Positions 8,929 through 18,332 of a stretch of 48,472 nucleotides of DNA are shown here, one piece after another (positions within the stretch are counted from its first letter, which is position 1; every line of letters begins with the position of its first letter). The notes under the pieces are model-generated. The model made no database searches, was not told where the DNA came from, and saw only the letters and a list, made by a program, of their open reading frames with translations. Where the stretch lies: IMG/VR virus record IMGVR_UViG_3300044512_004270, positions 1 through 48,472 of that record. One strand, written 5' to 3'. Made by a program: the position numbers and the translations under genes. The stretch comes from a virus. Taxonomy: Duplodnaviria; Caudoviricetes.

Positions 8929-10283
8929 TATACTCTCCTAGTATAAAATCTTCCTATTGCCATTTCTGCCGCTATTTCTCGTATTGATGCATCAATAACG
9001 GTGCGAGGATCTCTCTGAGGTGTTGACCACGGACTCTTGCCCCTTCCCATCTCAAAAACTTGATAAGGATTGGTTTGATAAGTATAACCAAAACTAGGAA
9101 ATCCTTGCCGAGTTGTACTTACATCTGTTAATCTAACACTTTGTGCAAATCTACCTGTTCTACTTTCAAGTCCAGGACTTTTCATATTCTTTTCTACTGT
9201 TTGTGGCAATTTTTGATTAATCATTGCCATTATAGAAAACATACTCTGTGACTGTTTATTGCTTTTTTCCGGCCTTAATTGTTTCTTTTTTACCGGAAAA
9301 GGTAAGGGGCCCGCTTTTTTTATTTTTGGCTTTATTTTATTTTTTGCCTTACTTTTTTTAGCTATACTTAAATTTTCACTAACTACTTTTAAAGTTTTTT
9401 TATTTTTAAAAGGCTTTAATAACTTTTTTACAGTTTTCTTTCTGTTTGTTTCTACAATACTATCAGAGCCTTTCAAATTTGGAACATCTAGTTTTTGTAA
9501 AGCTTTTTTTAAATCTGCTAAAATTTTCTTTTCTTCTCCGCCTCCGGCTATTGCATTTAATATTTGGCTTCGAATTGTAACTGTTACTTTTTCAGATTTA
9601 GGATCTTTTATAACTTCTAGTATCGCTCCTAACCCTAAGTCTTTTATAAGAGCTTGCTGCTTAGGGCCAAGACTTCTATTTCCGAAAGTTTCAGCTAAAG
9701 CTTTGTGCACTACATCATTTATAAAATGTTCAACATTACTGCCTTGAATGTGCTCTAAATTAAATGCTTGCCCGGATTTTTTAATTTCTCTAGTCTCTTT
9801 TGGGTTAGAAGCACTTTGTCTAGTTAGCATTTTTTTATTTAACTTAGCTAGTACTGCTTGATAAAACTCCTCTAAGTGATCTTTATATATTCTATAAATT
9901 TTTGCGTAGTTATCTCTTCCCGCATTTTTACCAGAAGTTTGCTCCAAAACTGTTACAGATACTCCTCCTCGAGGCTCTGCTATATTAACGAGTATATCAC
10001 CTTCTTTTGCTTGAGCTTGAAAAGCTTTTCGTAAATTTTTTGTAAGTTCTGTAATTTCTGGGGATATAAGTTTAATTGCTTCTCGAATTTCTTCTGTTTG
10101 TCCCTTATACTCGTTACTTCTATTTAAAAGATCTCGTACAGTTCTTTTTATAGTTGTGGAGCTATACACAAAGTCATGAGTTTTAAGATTACCGGTAGCA
10201 GTTCTCCAAGCATCTGAAGCTCCTTTCTGTGTTAATTCAGTCTGTAACTTTTCTAAAAATGCTTTTAAATTACTACTTGCCAT
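8928..10283 (-). CDS. Neck/tail completion protein (T5 p143-like C-terminus, extended)
   Basis: C-terminal LESRTGRFAQSV..YTYQTNPYQVFE..RDPRTVIDASIREIA; synteny. Confidence 0.65.
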   Translation of the reverse strand: MASSNLKAFLEKLQTELTQKGASDAWRTATGNLKTHDFVYSSTTIKRTVRDLLNRSNEYKGQTEEIREAIKLISPEITELTKNLRKAFQAQAKEGDILVNIAEPRGGVSVTVLEQTSGKNAGRDNYAKIYRIYKDHLEEFYQAVLAKLNKKMLTRQSASNPKETREIKKSGQAFNLEHIQGSNVEHFINDVVHKALAETFGNRSLGPKQQALIKDLGLGAILEVIKDPKSEKVTVTIRSQILNAIAGGGEEKKILADLKKALQKLDVPNLKGSDSIVETNRKKTVKKLLKPFKNKKTLKVVSENLSIAKKSKAKNKIKPKIKKAGPLPFPVKKKQLRPEKSNKQSQSMFSIMAMINQKLPQTVEKNMKSPGLESRTGRFAQSVRLTDVSTTRQGFPSFGYTYQTNPYQVFEMGRGKSPWSTPQRDPRTVIDASIREIAAEMAIGRFYTRRV

Positions 10284-10870
10284 TAAAAGTTTTTATACAA
10301 ATCAAGCACGCGTTTAATATGGTCAGGAAATGCCACATTGTTACGCTGACTTGAGCTTGCTTGATTCTGAATACTAGCGCCTGCAATTGTGCGTCGCTCT
10401 TTGTGCTCATCTTTCAAGTAGTATGTAACCAAATCAAAAACTGCAAGTCGTAGATCAGAAGGCAATACAGAGTATCCTGCAGTATAAGTTACTCGAACTG
10501 CTCCTGGGCCACGACGCCAGTTTTTATAACTGCCATTCGTTGTACGTATTACACTATCGGTAGCAGTATCTAAATAATATTCATATGCACCTGTAGTAAG
10601 AGTACTATAAGAGCTTCCATAAGAGTCACGCTCTTCTACTGTTACAATTGTATTTACAGGACTTTCTGTTAATTGTATAATGTGAGTATCCCAATCAACA
10701 TTAATGGATTCCACTTTATTTGTAGAATAATAATCTACAAAACTATTACCGCAATAAGTTTTTACTAATTCACTCACAGAAGGAATAAGAAAATTTAAAC
10801 GAGCATCGTCCTTAGGGCTACTAATCCCTTCGGCGGCTTTATAATCATTTAAAGTAGTTAAGTCTGCCAT
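10283..10870 (-). CDS. Head completion / head-tail connector (T5 p144-like)
   Basis: VRVTYTAGY..LPSDLRLA..FPDHIKRVLDLY; follows the capsid gene. Confidence 0.85.
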   Translation of the reverse strand: MADLTTLNDYKAAEGISSPKDDARLNFLIPSVSELVKTYCGNSFVDYYSTNKVESINVDWDTHIIQLTESPVNTIVTVEERDSYGSSYSTLTTGAYEYYLDTATDSVIRTTNGSYKNWRRGPGAVRVTYTAGYSVLPSDLRLAVFDLVTYYLKDEHKERRTIAGASIQNQASSSQRNNVAFPDHIKRVLDLYKNF

Positions 10871-10882
10871 AAGTCAATTAAT

Positions 10883-10912
10883 AAAAACTTGGGGAGGCGA
10901 ACCTCCCCAGTT
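10883..10912 (-). terminator. Terminator after capsid gene
   Basis: Minus strand GGGGAGG-TTCG-CCTCCCC followed by AAGTTTTT. Confidence 0.8.
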
Positions 10913-10923
10913 TATAGAGCTAA

Positions 10924-12309
10924 TTAAGCTTCGTGATCGATCTTCACTGCAGGCTCATTACCCGCACCGTCGCCAGCCAGAATTTCTTCAAAGCCAAGCG
11001 ATTGAGAAGCTACGATTACACGACGCTGGTTCATGACTTCGTAATCTTGCTCAACAGATACACCTCTCAGTCGAGGTACAACGTAGTTGCGAGTGTTAAC
11101 TGCAAATGCAGCAGGCGCAGCAGCAATTTCAGCTGGGAACTCTTCAGATACAATTACGGGTGAACCGTATACTGCACCGATAGTACCAACAACTCGCGCT
11201 GCCAAGTCTGAACCAACTTCATCCAGAGTCTGGAAGTTACCATCATTCAGCAGGTCAAAATAGCTGTTCTGGCTAACGATGAACGCGATGTCGCCGGGGT
11301 TAAGACCATACTTACCCATTGCTTCACGAGCACCCAACAGCATAGCTGCAGTCAGACGAGTTGAAGCTGCGAGTGAGAAAGTGCCGGGGTCATATGCAGC
11401 TGCATAGTTATCCAGACCAGAGATAGTGCCGTTACCGTTCAGGATAACGTCTTCTACCGCACGACCGTGTGCACGAGCTACTGATTCGATCAGCATAGGC
11501 ATCAAGTTAATGAGTACCTGCTCGTCTACGTCGTTGTCCATAAAGGTGCTAGAAACCAGACGATAAGCATTAAGTACTACTTGCTTAGCGTTATACTGGT
11601 TAGCAGTTACCTGAGGACGGTTCTCCAAGTTACCGGCAGTTGCAGAGGTTGCCCAAGCAGCCTTGCCAGCATCAGTTTGGATAGGCAGTACAGTAGCGCC
11701 GCCATTTACGGGAATCTCACGGAACAAACGAGCAACTTTCAGCTCATGCATGATTTCCTTCTCGATCAGTGAAGAAACTTCCTGGTCGATATCTGCAGCG
11801 TTGGCCGCGTAATTTACGCCAGCTTTCTCTTGCAGATCTTGAGCAAAGTCAGTGTTCCAACCCTTACGAGTCATAACACCCAGCATATGAGCGGTCAAGA
11901 AATCCTTGCCCCACTTAGAGATGTCTGTTTTTTCAGCGCGGTCAGCGAATACACGCTTAGAATCACGCATTTTAGCGATTTCTTCTGATTTCTCTTCCAG
12001 ATCTCGCTTGTACTTAGCCAGAGTCTCCTCCATATCAGCATTACGCTTGGATAGATCCTGTTGTACATCAGCCATCAGCCGCTCAGCACCTGACTCAATG
12101 CCAGTCTTAATAGCGGTCTTAACTTCTTCTTCTTGCTGAGCTTTAGCTTCGGCTTCTGCCTGAGCTTTCTCAGCAGCTTCTTGGGCAGCCTTTTCTTCGG
12201 CCGCCTTCGACTCAGCTTGCTTCATAGCGATCTTAGCAGCAGTCTCCTCTGCTACTTTCTTCGCAAAAGCTTCCAAGTCGATTTCGGGAGTTTTTACTTC
12301 TTCCGACAT
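10924..12309 (-). CDS. Probable internally initiated major capsid precursor (MSEEVKTPEIDL...)
   Basis: In-frame ATG at 12309 preceded by AAAGAGGAGATCAAA, a strong Shine-Dalgarno. Confidence 0.7.
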   Translation of the reverse strand: MSEEVKTPEIDLEAFAKKVAEETAAKIAMKQAESKAAEEKAAQEAAEKAQAEAEAKAQQEEEVKTAIKTGIESGAERLMADVQQDLSKRNADMEETLAKYKRDLEEKSEEIAKMRDSKRVFADRAEKTDISKWGKDFLTAHMLGVMTRKGWNTDFAQDLQEKAGVNYAANAADIDQEVSSLIEKEIMHELKVARLFREIPVNGGATVLPIQTDAGKAAWATSATAGNLENRPQVTANQYNAKQVVLNAYRLVSSTFMDNDVDEQVLINLMPMLIESVARAHGRAVEDVILNGNGTISGLDNYAAAYDPGTFSLAASTRLTAAMLLGAREAMGKYGLNPGDIAFIVSQNSYFDLLNDGNFQTLDEVGSDLAARVVGTIGAVYGSPVIVSEEFPAEIAAAPAAFAVNTRNYVVPRLRGVSVEQDYEVMNQRRVIVASQSLGFEEILAGDGAGNEPAVKIDHEA

Positions 12310-12924
12310 TTTGATCTCCTCTTTCGCGGAAATTTCCGCTTCGTCCGGTGTTTCACTAGCTACCGATGAATTTTCATCCTTAGCCAGAGACTGACCGGCT
12401 AGATCTACACGATTGGTGAAAGTTTTCTTGAATTCATTGTACTCATCCATTGAGTCAAATGACTTCGCCAGAGAAAAAGTTGCTGCTTGATTGCATGGTA
12501 CCGATACAACTGATACTTCAAACAACTCAGCATCCTTAATCTTTAGTCCGTCGGTTTCCGAAATATAATCAGCATCCTTGACTCGGAAACCAACAGAAAA
12601 AGCTCCAAGAATGCCTTCTTTTACTAATTGCGCCACATGATCTGGCGCAGATTTAGAAATTTTTGCTTTGAGTTCTAACCCATTGTCGGTAACTTTAAGA
12701 CCTGTAGCTCGACCAATAGGTTTATTATAATCATGGTTAAAAAGAATAATAGGGTTCTTTTCAAAATTTTGAAGTCCACCTTTTGTCCAAGCTTCTGCCA
12801 TAATAACATCATTTGCACGATCCTCATCATGCGTACTTGCCATACCGCAGATGTGTACGCCTCCGTCATCATCTTCATGAAGAGCTTTAAAGGTGGAGGT
12901 AAGATTAAAGACTTTATTCATCAT
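10924..12924 (-). CDS. Fused prohead protease (HK97 S78 type) + scaffold (delta) domain + HK97-fold major capsid protein
   Basis: N-terminal PIILFNHDYNKPIG, GAFSVGF, ELFEVSVVSVPCN; Ala/Glu coiled coil; C-terminal capsid motifs; no stop codon between the domains. Confidence 0.92.
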   Translation of the reverse strand: MMNKVFNLTSTFKALHEDDDGGVHICGMASTHDEDRANDVIMAEAWTKGGLQNFEKNPIILFNHDYNKPIGRATGLKVTDNGLELKAKISKSAPDHVAQLVKEGILGAFSVGFRVKDADYISETDGLKIKDAELFEVSVVSVPCNQAATFSLAKSFDSMDEYNEFKKTFTNRVDLAGQSLAKDENSSVASETPDEAEISAKEEIKMSEEVKTPEIDLEAFAKKVAEETAAKIAMKQAESKAAEEKAAQEAAEKAQAEAEAKAQQEEEVKTAIKTGIESGAERLMADVQQDLSKRNADMEETLAKYKRDLEEKSEEIAKMRDSKRVFADRAEKTDISKWGKDFLTAHMLGVMTRKGWNTDFAQDLQEKAGVNYAANAADIDQEVSSLIEKEIMHELKVARLFREIPVNGGATVLPIQTDAGKAAWATSATAGNLENRPQVTANQYNAKQVVLNAYRLVSSTFMDNDVDEQVLINLMPMLIESVARAHGRAVEDVILNGNGTISGLDNYAAAYDPGTFSLAASTRLTAAMLLGAREAMGKYGLNPGDIAFIVSQNSYFDLLNDGNFQTLDEVGSDLAARVVGTIGAVYGSPVIVSEEFPAEIAAAPAAFAVNTRNYVVPRLRGVSVEQDYEVMNQRRVIVASQSLGFEEILAGDGAGNEPAVKIDHEA

Positions 12925-13246
12925 CTTTACTCACTTTAGCTGCTGCCGAAGCAGGCTTGCTCAAAGATTCAAGCGGATCCTTTTTAGGAGCTGCTTTTGG
13001 CTTTGGGTCTATTTTAGGCTTCGGAGCTTCCTTTGGTGTATTAATTTGCTTCCAAGCATCAGGCATCTCATTTTCCAGAATGCCTAGCATTCGAGACCAA
13101 TTACCGAAAAGATTTAAAATCAGTCCGACTCGGATAGGAGCTTTTGTATCTTGCTCCCAATTGTGTTTGGTCATTACATGACCTACTTCAAGCATATGCA
13201 TTGCAATATCTTGCAATACTGCCGTTCTTGCGCGTGCTCTAGCCAT
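12914..13246 (-). CDS. Hypothetical protein between portal and protease
   Basis: ATG at 13246 with AAGGAG RBS; Lys/Pro-rich tail. Confidence 0.7.
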   Translation of the reverse strand: MARARARTAVLQDIAMHMLEVGHVMTKHNWEQDTKAPIRVGLILNLFGNWSRMLGILENEMPDAWKQINTPKEAPKPKIDPKPKAAPKKDPLESLSKPASAAAKVSKDDE

Positions 13247-14432
13247 CAGTTTCTCCTTCTTCTGGGCGCCCTCCCTCATCTGGATTTACCGCGCTTCCTG
13301 CAATATTTGCAGGAACTCGGAGGTCGTCAAATCCTTCGATGGGGTCGAAATTAATTGCTTGTCGAGCTTCATTAGGGCTAATGATTCCTGTGTTTACTAA
13401 AGCAGAGTAATACTGTGCTTGATCTCTCAGCTCTGGCTGAAGGGCGGGAATATTAGTTGCATCCTCAATGATCTCAAATCCAAAAAATCTCTCTAAAGCA
13501 AAATTTATCTTTCTTACTATCGGCATTATAGTTTCCAAATAGTAAAGTCTCATATTAGGTCGAAGGTTCGCATTGTTTCCTGAGTCAAGAAGAATCGGGG
13601 GAATACCAAGTGCCTTCAAAATAATTTTTTCATTTTCTGTAATTGCGGATTGAAAGTCTAACTCTTTAAAGTTTACATTCGATACGCTATCAATTTCAAT
13701 GCCGCCATCAAGAATAAGAGGTCTACGACCCCCTGCATCAGGACGGTAGCGCGCAGTCCAAGATTGAATCATTCGCTCTTTGATTTTTTCTGAAAGAGTG
13801 TTTGGGGATTTCAATACGAGACCTGGAACCGCTCCATTTTTAAAGAAATTGTCTTGAAAATCCCGCATATTTCTCATCAGTACCATTGTACGAAGCGCGG
13901 GCTTTAGTCTTGATACTCCTCGGTAAATAGAGTAAAAAGAATTTTCTTTTACATGAATAATCTCGTTAGGAGAATAGTTAATTGTTTCATTGTAAGTAAA
14001 CTTATCAATATAAGTTGTCTCACTTGCATGAATATGCATTTTACTTGCTGGCAAGTGGTACAGATGTACGCCATCAAAGTAAATAAATATGTTTCCGTCT
14101 AACAAATAGTCTGTAATTAGATTACGACGAAATGTGCTAATATCTTGAAAAAGATTTGGTTCTTTATTCAGTAGAAGATTAACACGCGATCTTTTAATAT
14201 TCTTTACAACACTTGTTGTATTTAGTTGACCACCGACTTTTGCATCAATTTCTGCACAGTCGTCAACAATCATGTTTACACCACGATTTACAATTTCGAG
14301 GTCTTCATAGGCACGCTCATAATTTACATGCCGCTCTCGCGATGACTCTACTTTATGGTCATAGTGAGGTTGCGCAGGATTTAACTTTTCCTCCACATTC
14401 TCTTTCTGCTGCCAAAAGTTATACCAAGCCAT
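13239..14432 (-). CDS. Portal protein (HK97/T5 pb7 family)
   Basis: EPNLFQ, LLDGNIFI, YRGVSRL, FFKNGAVPG, ALGIPPILL, GIISPNEAR. Confidence 0.95.
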   Translation of the reverse strand: MAWYNFWQQKENVEEKLNPAQPHYDHKVESSRERHVNYERAYEDLEIVNRGVNMIVDDCAEIDAKVGGQLNTTSVVKNIKRSRVNLLLNKEPNLFQDISTFRRNLITDYLLDGNIFIYFDGVHLYHLPASKMHIHASETTYIDKFTYNETINYSPNEIIHVKENSFYSIYRGVSRLKPALRTMVLMRNMRDFQDNFFKNGAVPGLVLKSPNTLSEKIKERMIQSWTARYRPDAGGRRPLILDGGIEIDSVSNVNFKELDFQSAITENEKIILKALGIPPILLDSGNNANLRPNMRLYYLETIMPIVRKINFALERFFGFEIIEDATNIPALQPELRDQAQYYSALVNTGIISPNEARQAINFDPIEGFDDLRVPANIAGSAVNPDEGGRPEEGETDG

Positions 14433-14784
14433 GCTTTCCTCTTTGTATTTCTACCCAGCGTTTCTGTTTTGGGGCTGAGTGTAATGTTGGGTTACGACCA
14501 TAAATTGAATGTAATTTCAAGTGATGTGCATGGCATAGAGTAACAGTGTAATCGTACAGTTCTTCAATATGCTCGTTTATAAACTCATCTCGAAAGTCTC
14601 TTATATCCTCCATGTGGTAGCCTTTTTCTTTGACCCACTTTTGAAGAAGAGGACTCAAGCTATAATAGTGATGAAAGTCGAGTTCAGCATCAGCTCCACA
14701 GATATAGCACTCTGTTCCTTTTTCGTATCTTGCTTTTGCTTTATCCCGAATATACTTTACGGGATCTCGTTTTAGCTCTGTCAT
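14419..14784 (-). CDS. HNH endonuclease (packaging-associated / T5 nicking endonuclease-like)
   Basis: CYICG..LDFHH..TLCHAHH; between terL and portal, as in T5. Confidence 0.8.
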   Translation of the reverse strand: MTELKRDPVKYIRDKAKARYEKGTECYICGADAELDFHHYYSLSPLLQKWVKEKGYHMEDIRDFRDEFINEHIEELYDYTVTLCHAHHLKLHSIYGRNPTLHSAPKQKRWVEIQRGKHGLV

Positions 14785-14813
14785 CTTTGAATCTACTACT
14801 TTTTATTAACGAA

Positions 14814-14842
14814 ATTATATCGTGGGGGAACTAAATTGTCAA
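14814..14842 (-). promoter_or_regulatory. Consensus sigma70 promoter for head operon
   Basis: Minus strand TTGACA-17nt-TATAAT. Confidence 0.85.
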
Positions 14843-14864
14843 CTACTATTTTTCTCTGGTCCTG

Positions 14865-16169
14865 TTAAAATCCTGTAGTTGAAGTTTCAAATGAATACAT
14901 TGCATATCGTAATGCATCTGCCATGTGCGAAGCCATATTATGCTTTGGTTTTTCTCTTGCTAAATTTGGATTCGGATCCCATTGATATTGATCTAAACAA
15001 GATAAACTTTCTTTGCATCTTTGATCTACTATAAGATTATCATTGTCAACAATACCAGCCACATGAGCGATGCCGTCCAAAACAGACTTTTTGGCATTAA
15101 TGGTGGATATATCATAATTTTGAGCAAAATCAAACCGAGTTTGCTGAGCCGCTGAATCAATGTAGATATAGTCAATATTCCATTTTTCCACAAGTCTTCG
15201 AATTTCTGCAGCATGTTGTTCTGTTGTTTTTTCAGCATCTAAATACTCATCTAATAAGTAGTATTTTTCCGAGTCCCAATCGTATCCAAGTACACAAAAA
15301 GCGGTGGGATCCCGATACCCCACATCAAGGCCTGAAAATATATCCATCTTCGAGGTGTCGAGCTCCTCCAGGTTCTCGATACACTCTTCGTGATTAAAGT
15401 TCCAAATTTGTCCTTCGTAGGTATTAAAATCCGCTTCGTATTCTTGCTTAAATTCAGCTTCGGACATACTTTTTCGAGCTTCCGAAATATCTGTTTCAGA
15501 CATTCGTGGATTATCTCTAAAAGTCGCTCTAATGGATGCCCATTCGGGAAACTCATCAGTAAAACCTCTATTAAAAAACTCTGCAAACCAATTATTTTTT
15601 CCACGAGGAGTAGAAATAAACAGTGCTTTTGAGTTATCTTTGTCCAGAGTAGGACGTAGTGCGACATTGAAAGCTTCTTTTCCATCAGCAAGGGCTGCTT
15701 CGTCAAATATAATTAGGTCGTAGCTTCTACCCACACAGGAATCGACCTGATTAACAGACCCCATTCTTATTGTAGACCCATTCGTCAGTTCAATTACTTT
15801 ATCTTTCGCATTATCTTTTGCAACTTCTAAATCAAAATGCTTAATAAGTTGTCGTTGTAAATCGAAAGAAATCTGAGACAAGGCGTAGTTCGGTGACATA
15901 ATTAAAATGTGTGAACCGGGCACTAATGATACTAGCTGCCCAATTATATTTGCGATATAAGTTTTGCCTTGCCTTCTTGAAATTGCTGCTGTGACAAAGC
16001 GATACTTATTGTTATTTATCGCATTTATGATCGCCATTTGAGACGGAAGAGGTGTTACGCCGAGTAGTTCCAAGTATGGATCTACTGGAAGTTTGAGAAA
16101 CCTCGTCTCAGATTGAAAATCGACAATTTGCTCAGAGACCAAGTCTCTTCTACTAATTTCTACCGCCAT
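14865..16169 (-). CDS. terL: Terminase large subunit (T5-like)
   Basis: Walker A SRRQGKT, Walker B LIIFDEAA, ISTPRG, nuclease GLDVG..D and SHMADALRY. Confidence 0.96.
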   Translation of the reverse strand: MAVEISRRDLVSEQIVDFQSETRFLKLPVDPYLELLGVTPLPSQMAIINAINNNKYRFVTAAISRRQGKTYIANIIGQLVSLVPGSHILIMSPNYALSQISFDLQRQLIKHFDLEVAKDNAKDKVIELTNGSTIRMGSVNQVDSCVGRSYDLIIFDEAALADGKEAFNVALRPTLDKDNSKALFISTPRGKNNWFAEFFNRGFTDEFPEWASIRATFRDNPRMSETDISEARKSMSEAEFKQEYEADFNTYEGQIWNFNHEECIENLEELDTSKMDIFSGLDVGYRDPTAFCVLGYDWDSEKYYLLDEYLDAEKTTEQHAAEIRRLVEKWNIDYIYIDSAAQQTRFDFAQNYDISTINAKKSVLDGIAHVAGIVDNDNLIVDQRCKESLSCLDQYQWDPNPNLAREKPKHNMASHMADALRYAMYSFETSTTGF

Positions 16170-16178
16170 ATTACCTTC

Positions 16179-16745
16179 TTAATCGTTTTTTCGATGTTTG
16201 TTCCACGCTACAAAACCTCCCAGGCGCAATCCCCAGTAAGCTAAATAGTTTAAAAGTTTAAATCCATTTACTTCGATACAAATATCTCGAAAAAGTTTAT
16301 CCATCCATTTTTGATCCTTTTTTCCTATAGTTGTACCATCTTTCTTTTTTAAAGTTCCGTACTTATACCCATAATCGTGAACAAGGCCACCCATGAGAAG
16401 TACTCCAGTGGGTGAGAGCCACATTGCAAGAAACTTAGGTACTGATGCTCCATCAAATTCAAAACCTTTCGGAATAACATATTCATCTACTCCTAGTGTA
16501 AAATGAAAATCGTCACAAATTTCCCATTGACGAACCCCTAGTAGCCACATCCAGATTGCTTTCCAGAACCTTTTGTCTTTTGTTTCAATTGGAAGAGGCT
16601 TCATATGGGGCATTTCATTATACATAAAACCTACTCTGTTTTCTCCTTGGCCGTCAAAAATACTTGCTATAAATCCAATAAGAATAAGAGTAATTACAAT
16701 TGTCCACTGCCAAAAAGTTACAGCAAGCTCAAACAAAAATTCCAT
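16179..16745 (-). CDS. DUF1353-like membrane-anchored protein
   Basis: IPKGFEFDGASVPK..GLVHDYGY..DKLFRDI; N-terminal TM segment. Confidence 0.75.
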   Translation of the reverse strand: MEFLFELAVTFWQWTIVITLILIGFIASIFDGQGENRVGFMYNEMPHMKPLPIETKDKRFWKAIWMWLLGVRQWEICDDFHFTLGVDEYVIPKGFEFDGASVPKFLAMWLSPTGVLLMGGLVHDYGYKYGTLKKKDGTTIGKKDQKWMDKLFRDICIEVNGFKLLNYLAYWGLRLGGFVAWNKHRKND

Positions 16746-17077
16746 TACTTACCCTTGCTCCATGCCTGTGCGCCAAAAAAGGCCGCTACTAGGCCTGCAA
16801 CTGCAACAAAATATGTAGGTGCCATATCTCCTAAAATTTTTGCAGCGTTGTCGAGTTCAACAATATCAGTAGTAACAACCATGGCGGGATAGAACAACAT
16901 ACCAGCAAGAGAGAACCATGCCATATTTCTTTGAGCATCTCGCATTGCATCAGCATCTTCGAGTTCTTTTCTTTTAAACTCCATGTACATTGCATGTTCT
17001 TCTGGGTCAACACTTCCATCTCCATTACTATCGGCAGGATGATATACTGACGACTTTTTAATTTCTTCTTCGCTCAT
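16745..17077 (-). CDS. EF-hand + two-TM membrane protein (holin-like, tentative)
   Basis: DSNGDGSVDPEE loop, two hydrophobic helices, basic C-terminus; TGATG overlap start at 17077. Confidence 0.6.
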   Translation of the reverse strand: MSEEEIKKSSVYHPADSNGDGSVDPEEHAMYMEFKRKELEDADAMRDAQRNMAWFSLAGMLFYPAMVVTTDIVELDNAAKILGDMAPTYFVAVAGLVAAFFGAQAWSKGK

Positions 17078-17376
17078 CACCATTTTACCTTATTTGCCCA
17101 ATATGCTGCGGACATCTTGCCCTTTGCAATATTCTTTGCATGACGAGCCTTGAAAGAACGGCGTCGAGCTGCATATGATGCGCTTTCGCCTTTTTTCTTT
17201 GGGGAACCACTTACACCTTGTTGTCCAAAGCGAATAGTCTTTACTTTTGTCCCAACTTTTGCCACTACAATATGAGACTTTTTCGGATGACTCGGAGTTC
17301 GCTTTGGCTTATTAAATCCAGATACTCCTGCTCTTTTGAGACGAGGGTCTCTCTTTTTACCTCTTCTTGCCGCCAC
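17077..17376 (-). CDS. Small basic protein
   Basis: KTIRFGQQG..ARRRSFKARH..SAAYWANKVKW; Lys/Arg-rich. Confidence 0.8.
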   Translation of the reverse strand: MAARRGKKRDPRLKRAGVSGFNKPKRTPSHPKKSHIVVAKVGTKVKTIRFGQQGVSGSPKKKGESASYAARRRSFKARHAKNIAKGKMSAAYWANKVKW

Positions 17377-17644
17377 GTTTCATTCTCCTCTTCGACTTTG
17401 TGAAAGTTTTCACCATAGTCGGCTTACCGCCTGGGTTACCTGCTTTTCTCTTTCTCGAAATTGCTGACTTTCTTTGGGCTGGAGTCATACGAGCTGCTTT
17501 TGAAGCTGGTACACATTTTGGGTACTTCTTACTCGAAGCTTTTTTGCGGCCACAGGGCATATACCCGCCGCCTTTTTTTGGTCGAGAAATATCTACCCAT
17601 TTCTCTTTAAACCACTTTGTAAGACCTCCTTTCGGTTTCGCCAT
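17357..17644 (-). CDS. Small basic protein (DUF5872-like)
   Basis: GGLTKWFKEKWVDI..PCGR..YPKCVP; Lys/Arg-rich. Confidence 0.75.
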   Translation of the reverse strand: MAKPKGGLTKWFKEKWVDISRPKKGGGYMPCGRKKASSKKYPKCVPASKAARMTPAQRKSAISRKRKAGNPGGKPTMVKTFTKSKRRMKRGGKKR

Positions 17645-17646
17645 AA

Positions 17647-17838
17647 TTATGCAGTATATTCAACCGTATGCACGGCTGTGCTTGTTTTCAAATGCCCGTT
17701 TCTATCATAGACAGTTACATCGTAGACATATGCAAAAACTTTTTTAGTTCCTGGTATTGTGCCATCAAATACTCTATATACAATATCTCGATTAGTATAA
17801 GTTGTTGGCACAGTGTAGTGAACCGGAGATACTTCCAT
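17647..17838 (-). CDS. Hypothetical protein
   Basis: ORF track; TAATG-coupled start. Confidence 0.65.
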   Translation of the reverse strand: MEVSPVHYTVPTTYTNRDIVYRVFDGTIPGTKKVFAYVYDVTVYDRNGHLKTSTAVHTVEYTA

Positions 17839-17924
17839 TAATCTCGATCGATTAGATGATGTCCGAATTTATCCCACCCCCAGTGTAGTGCCGCACCTAA
17901 TATCATTCCCAATAAAAAATCCAT
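17838..17924 (-). CDS. 28-aa membrane peptide
   Basis: Manual: MDFLLGMILGAALHWGWDKFGHHLIDRD; TAATG overlaps at both ends. Confidence 0.65.
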   Translation of the reverse strand: MDFLLGMILGAALHWGWDKFGHHLIDRD

Positions 17925-17995
17925 TACTTTCCCCTTCGCTTTTTACCGCGCTTTTTTGGTTTTTTCTTAGAACCACAAGGTTTGCCATCATGCAT
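17924..17995 (-). CDS. 23-aa highly basic peptide
   Basis: Manual: MHDGKPCGSKKKPKKRGKKRRGK; TAATG overlaps at both ends. Confidence 0.65.
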   Translation of the reverse strand: MHDGKPCGSKKKPKKRGKKRRGK

Positions 17996-18147
17996 TATTT
18001 TTTACCTCGCTTTTTCTTGAGAATCGCTTTTTGAAGAGCCATAGGCAGCTTTTTCTGCTTTGCAGTTAAGCCCATAGACTTCTTTTTCTTAGCGCCGCGC
18101 TTTTTACCTTTCATTGGCTTTTTCTTTTTACCATAATGTCCTGGCAT
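17995..18147 (-). CDS. 50-aa highly basic protein
   Basis: Manual: MPGHYGKKKKPMKGKKRGAKKKKSMGLTAKQKKLPMALQKAILKKKRGKK; TAATG overlaps. Confidence 0.75.
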   Translation of the reverse strand: MPGHYGKKKKPMKGKKRGAKKKKSMGLTAKQKKLPMALQKAILKKKRGKK

Positions 18148-18332
18148 TATTTACTCCCCATGCGGTATTTACCGCCTCGTGCCTTGTAAGTTTTTACAAG
18201 CCACCCATTTGCATAAGCAGAAGGATACACTTTAAATCTTCGCTTTGCTTCAGCCTTTACATTTGCGTAAAGTCTTTTGTTAGTTGGAACTGGTTTTTTT
18301 CGCTTTACCGATTTTCGCTTTCGAGCGGGCAT
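18147..18332 (-). CDS. 61-aa basic protein
   Basis: VPTNKRLYANVKAEAKRRFKVYPSAYANGWLVKTYKARGGKY. Confidence 0.8.
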   Translation of the reverse strand: MPARKRKSVKRKKPVPTNKRLYANVKAEAKRRFKVYPSAYANGWLVKTYKARGGKYRMGSK

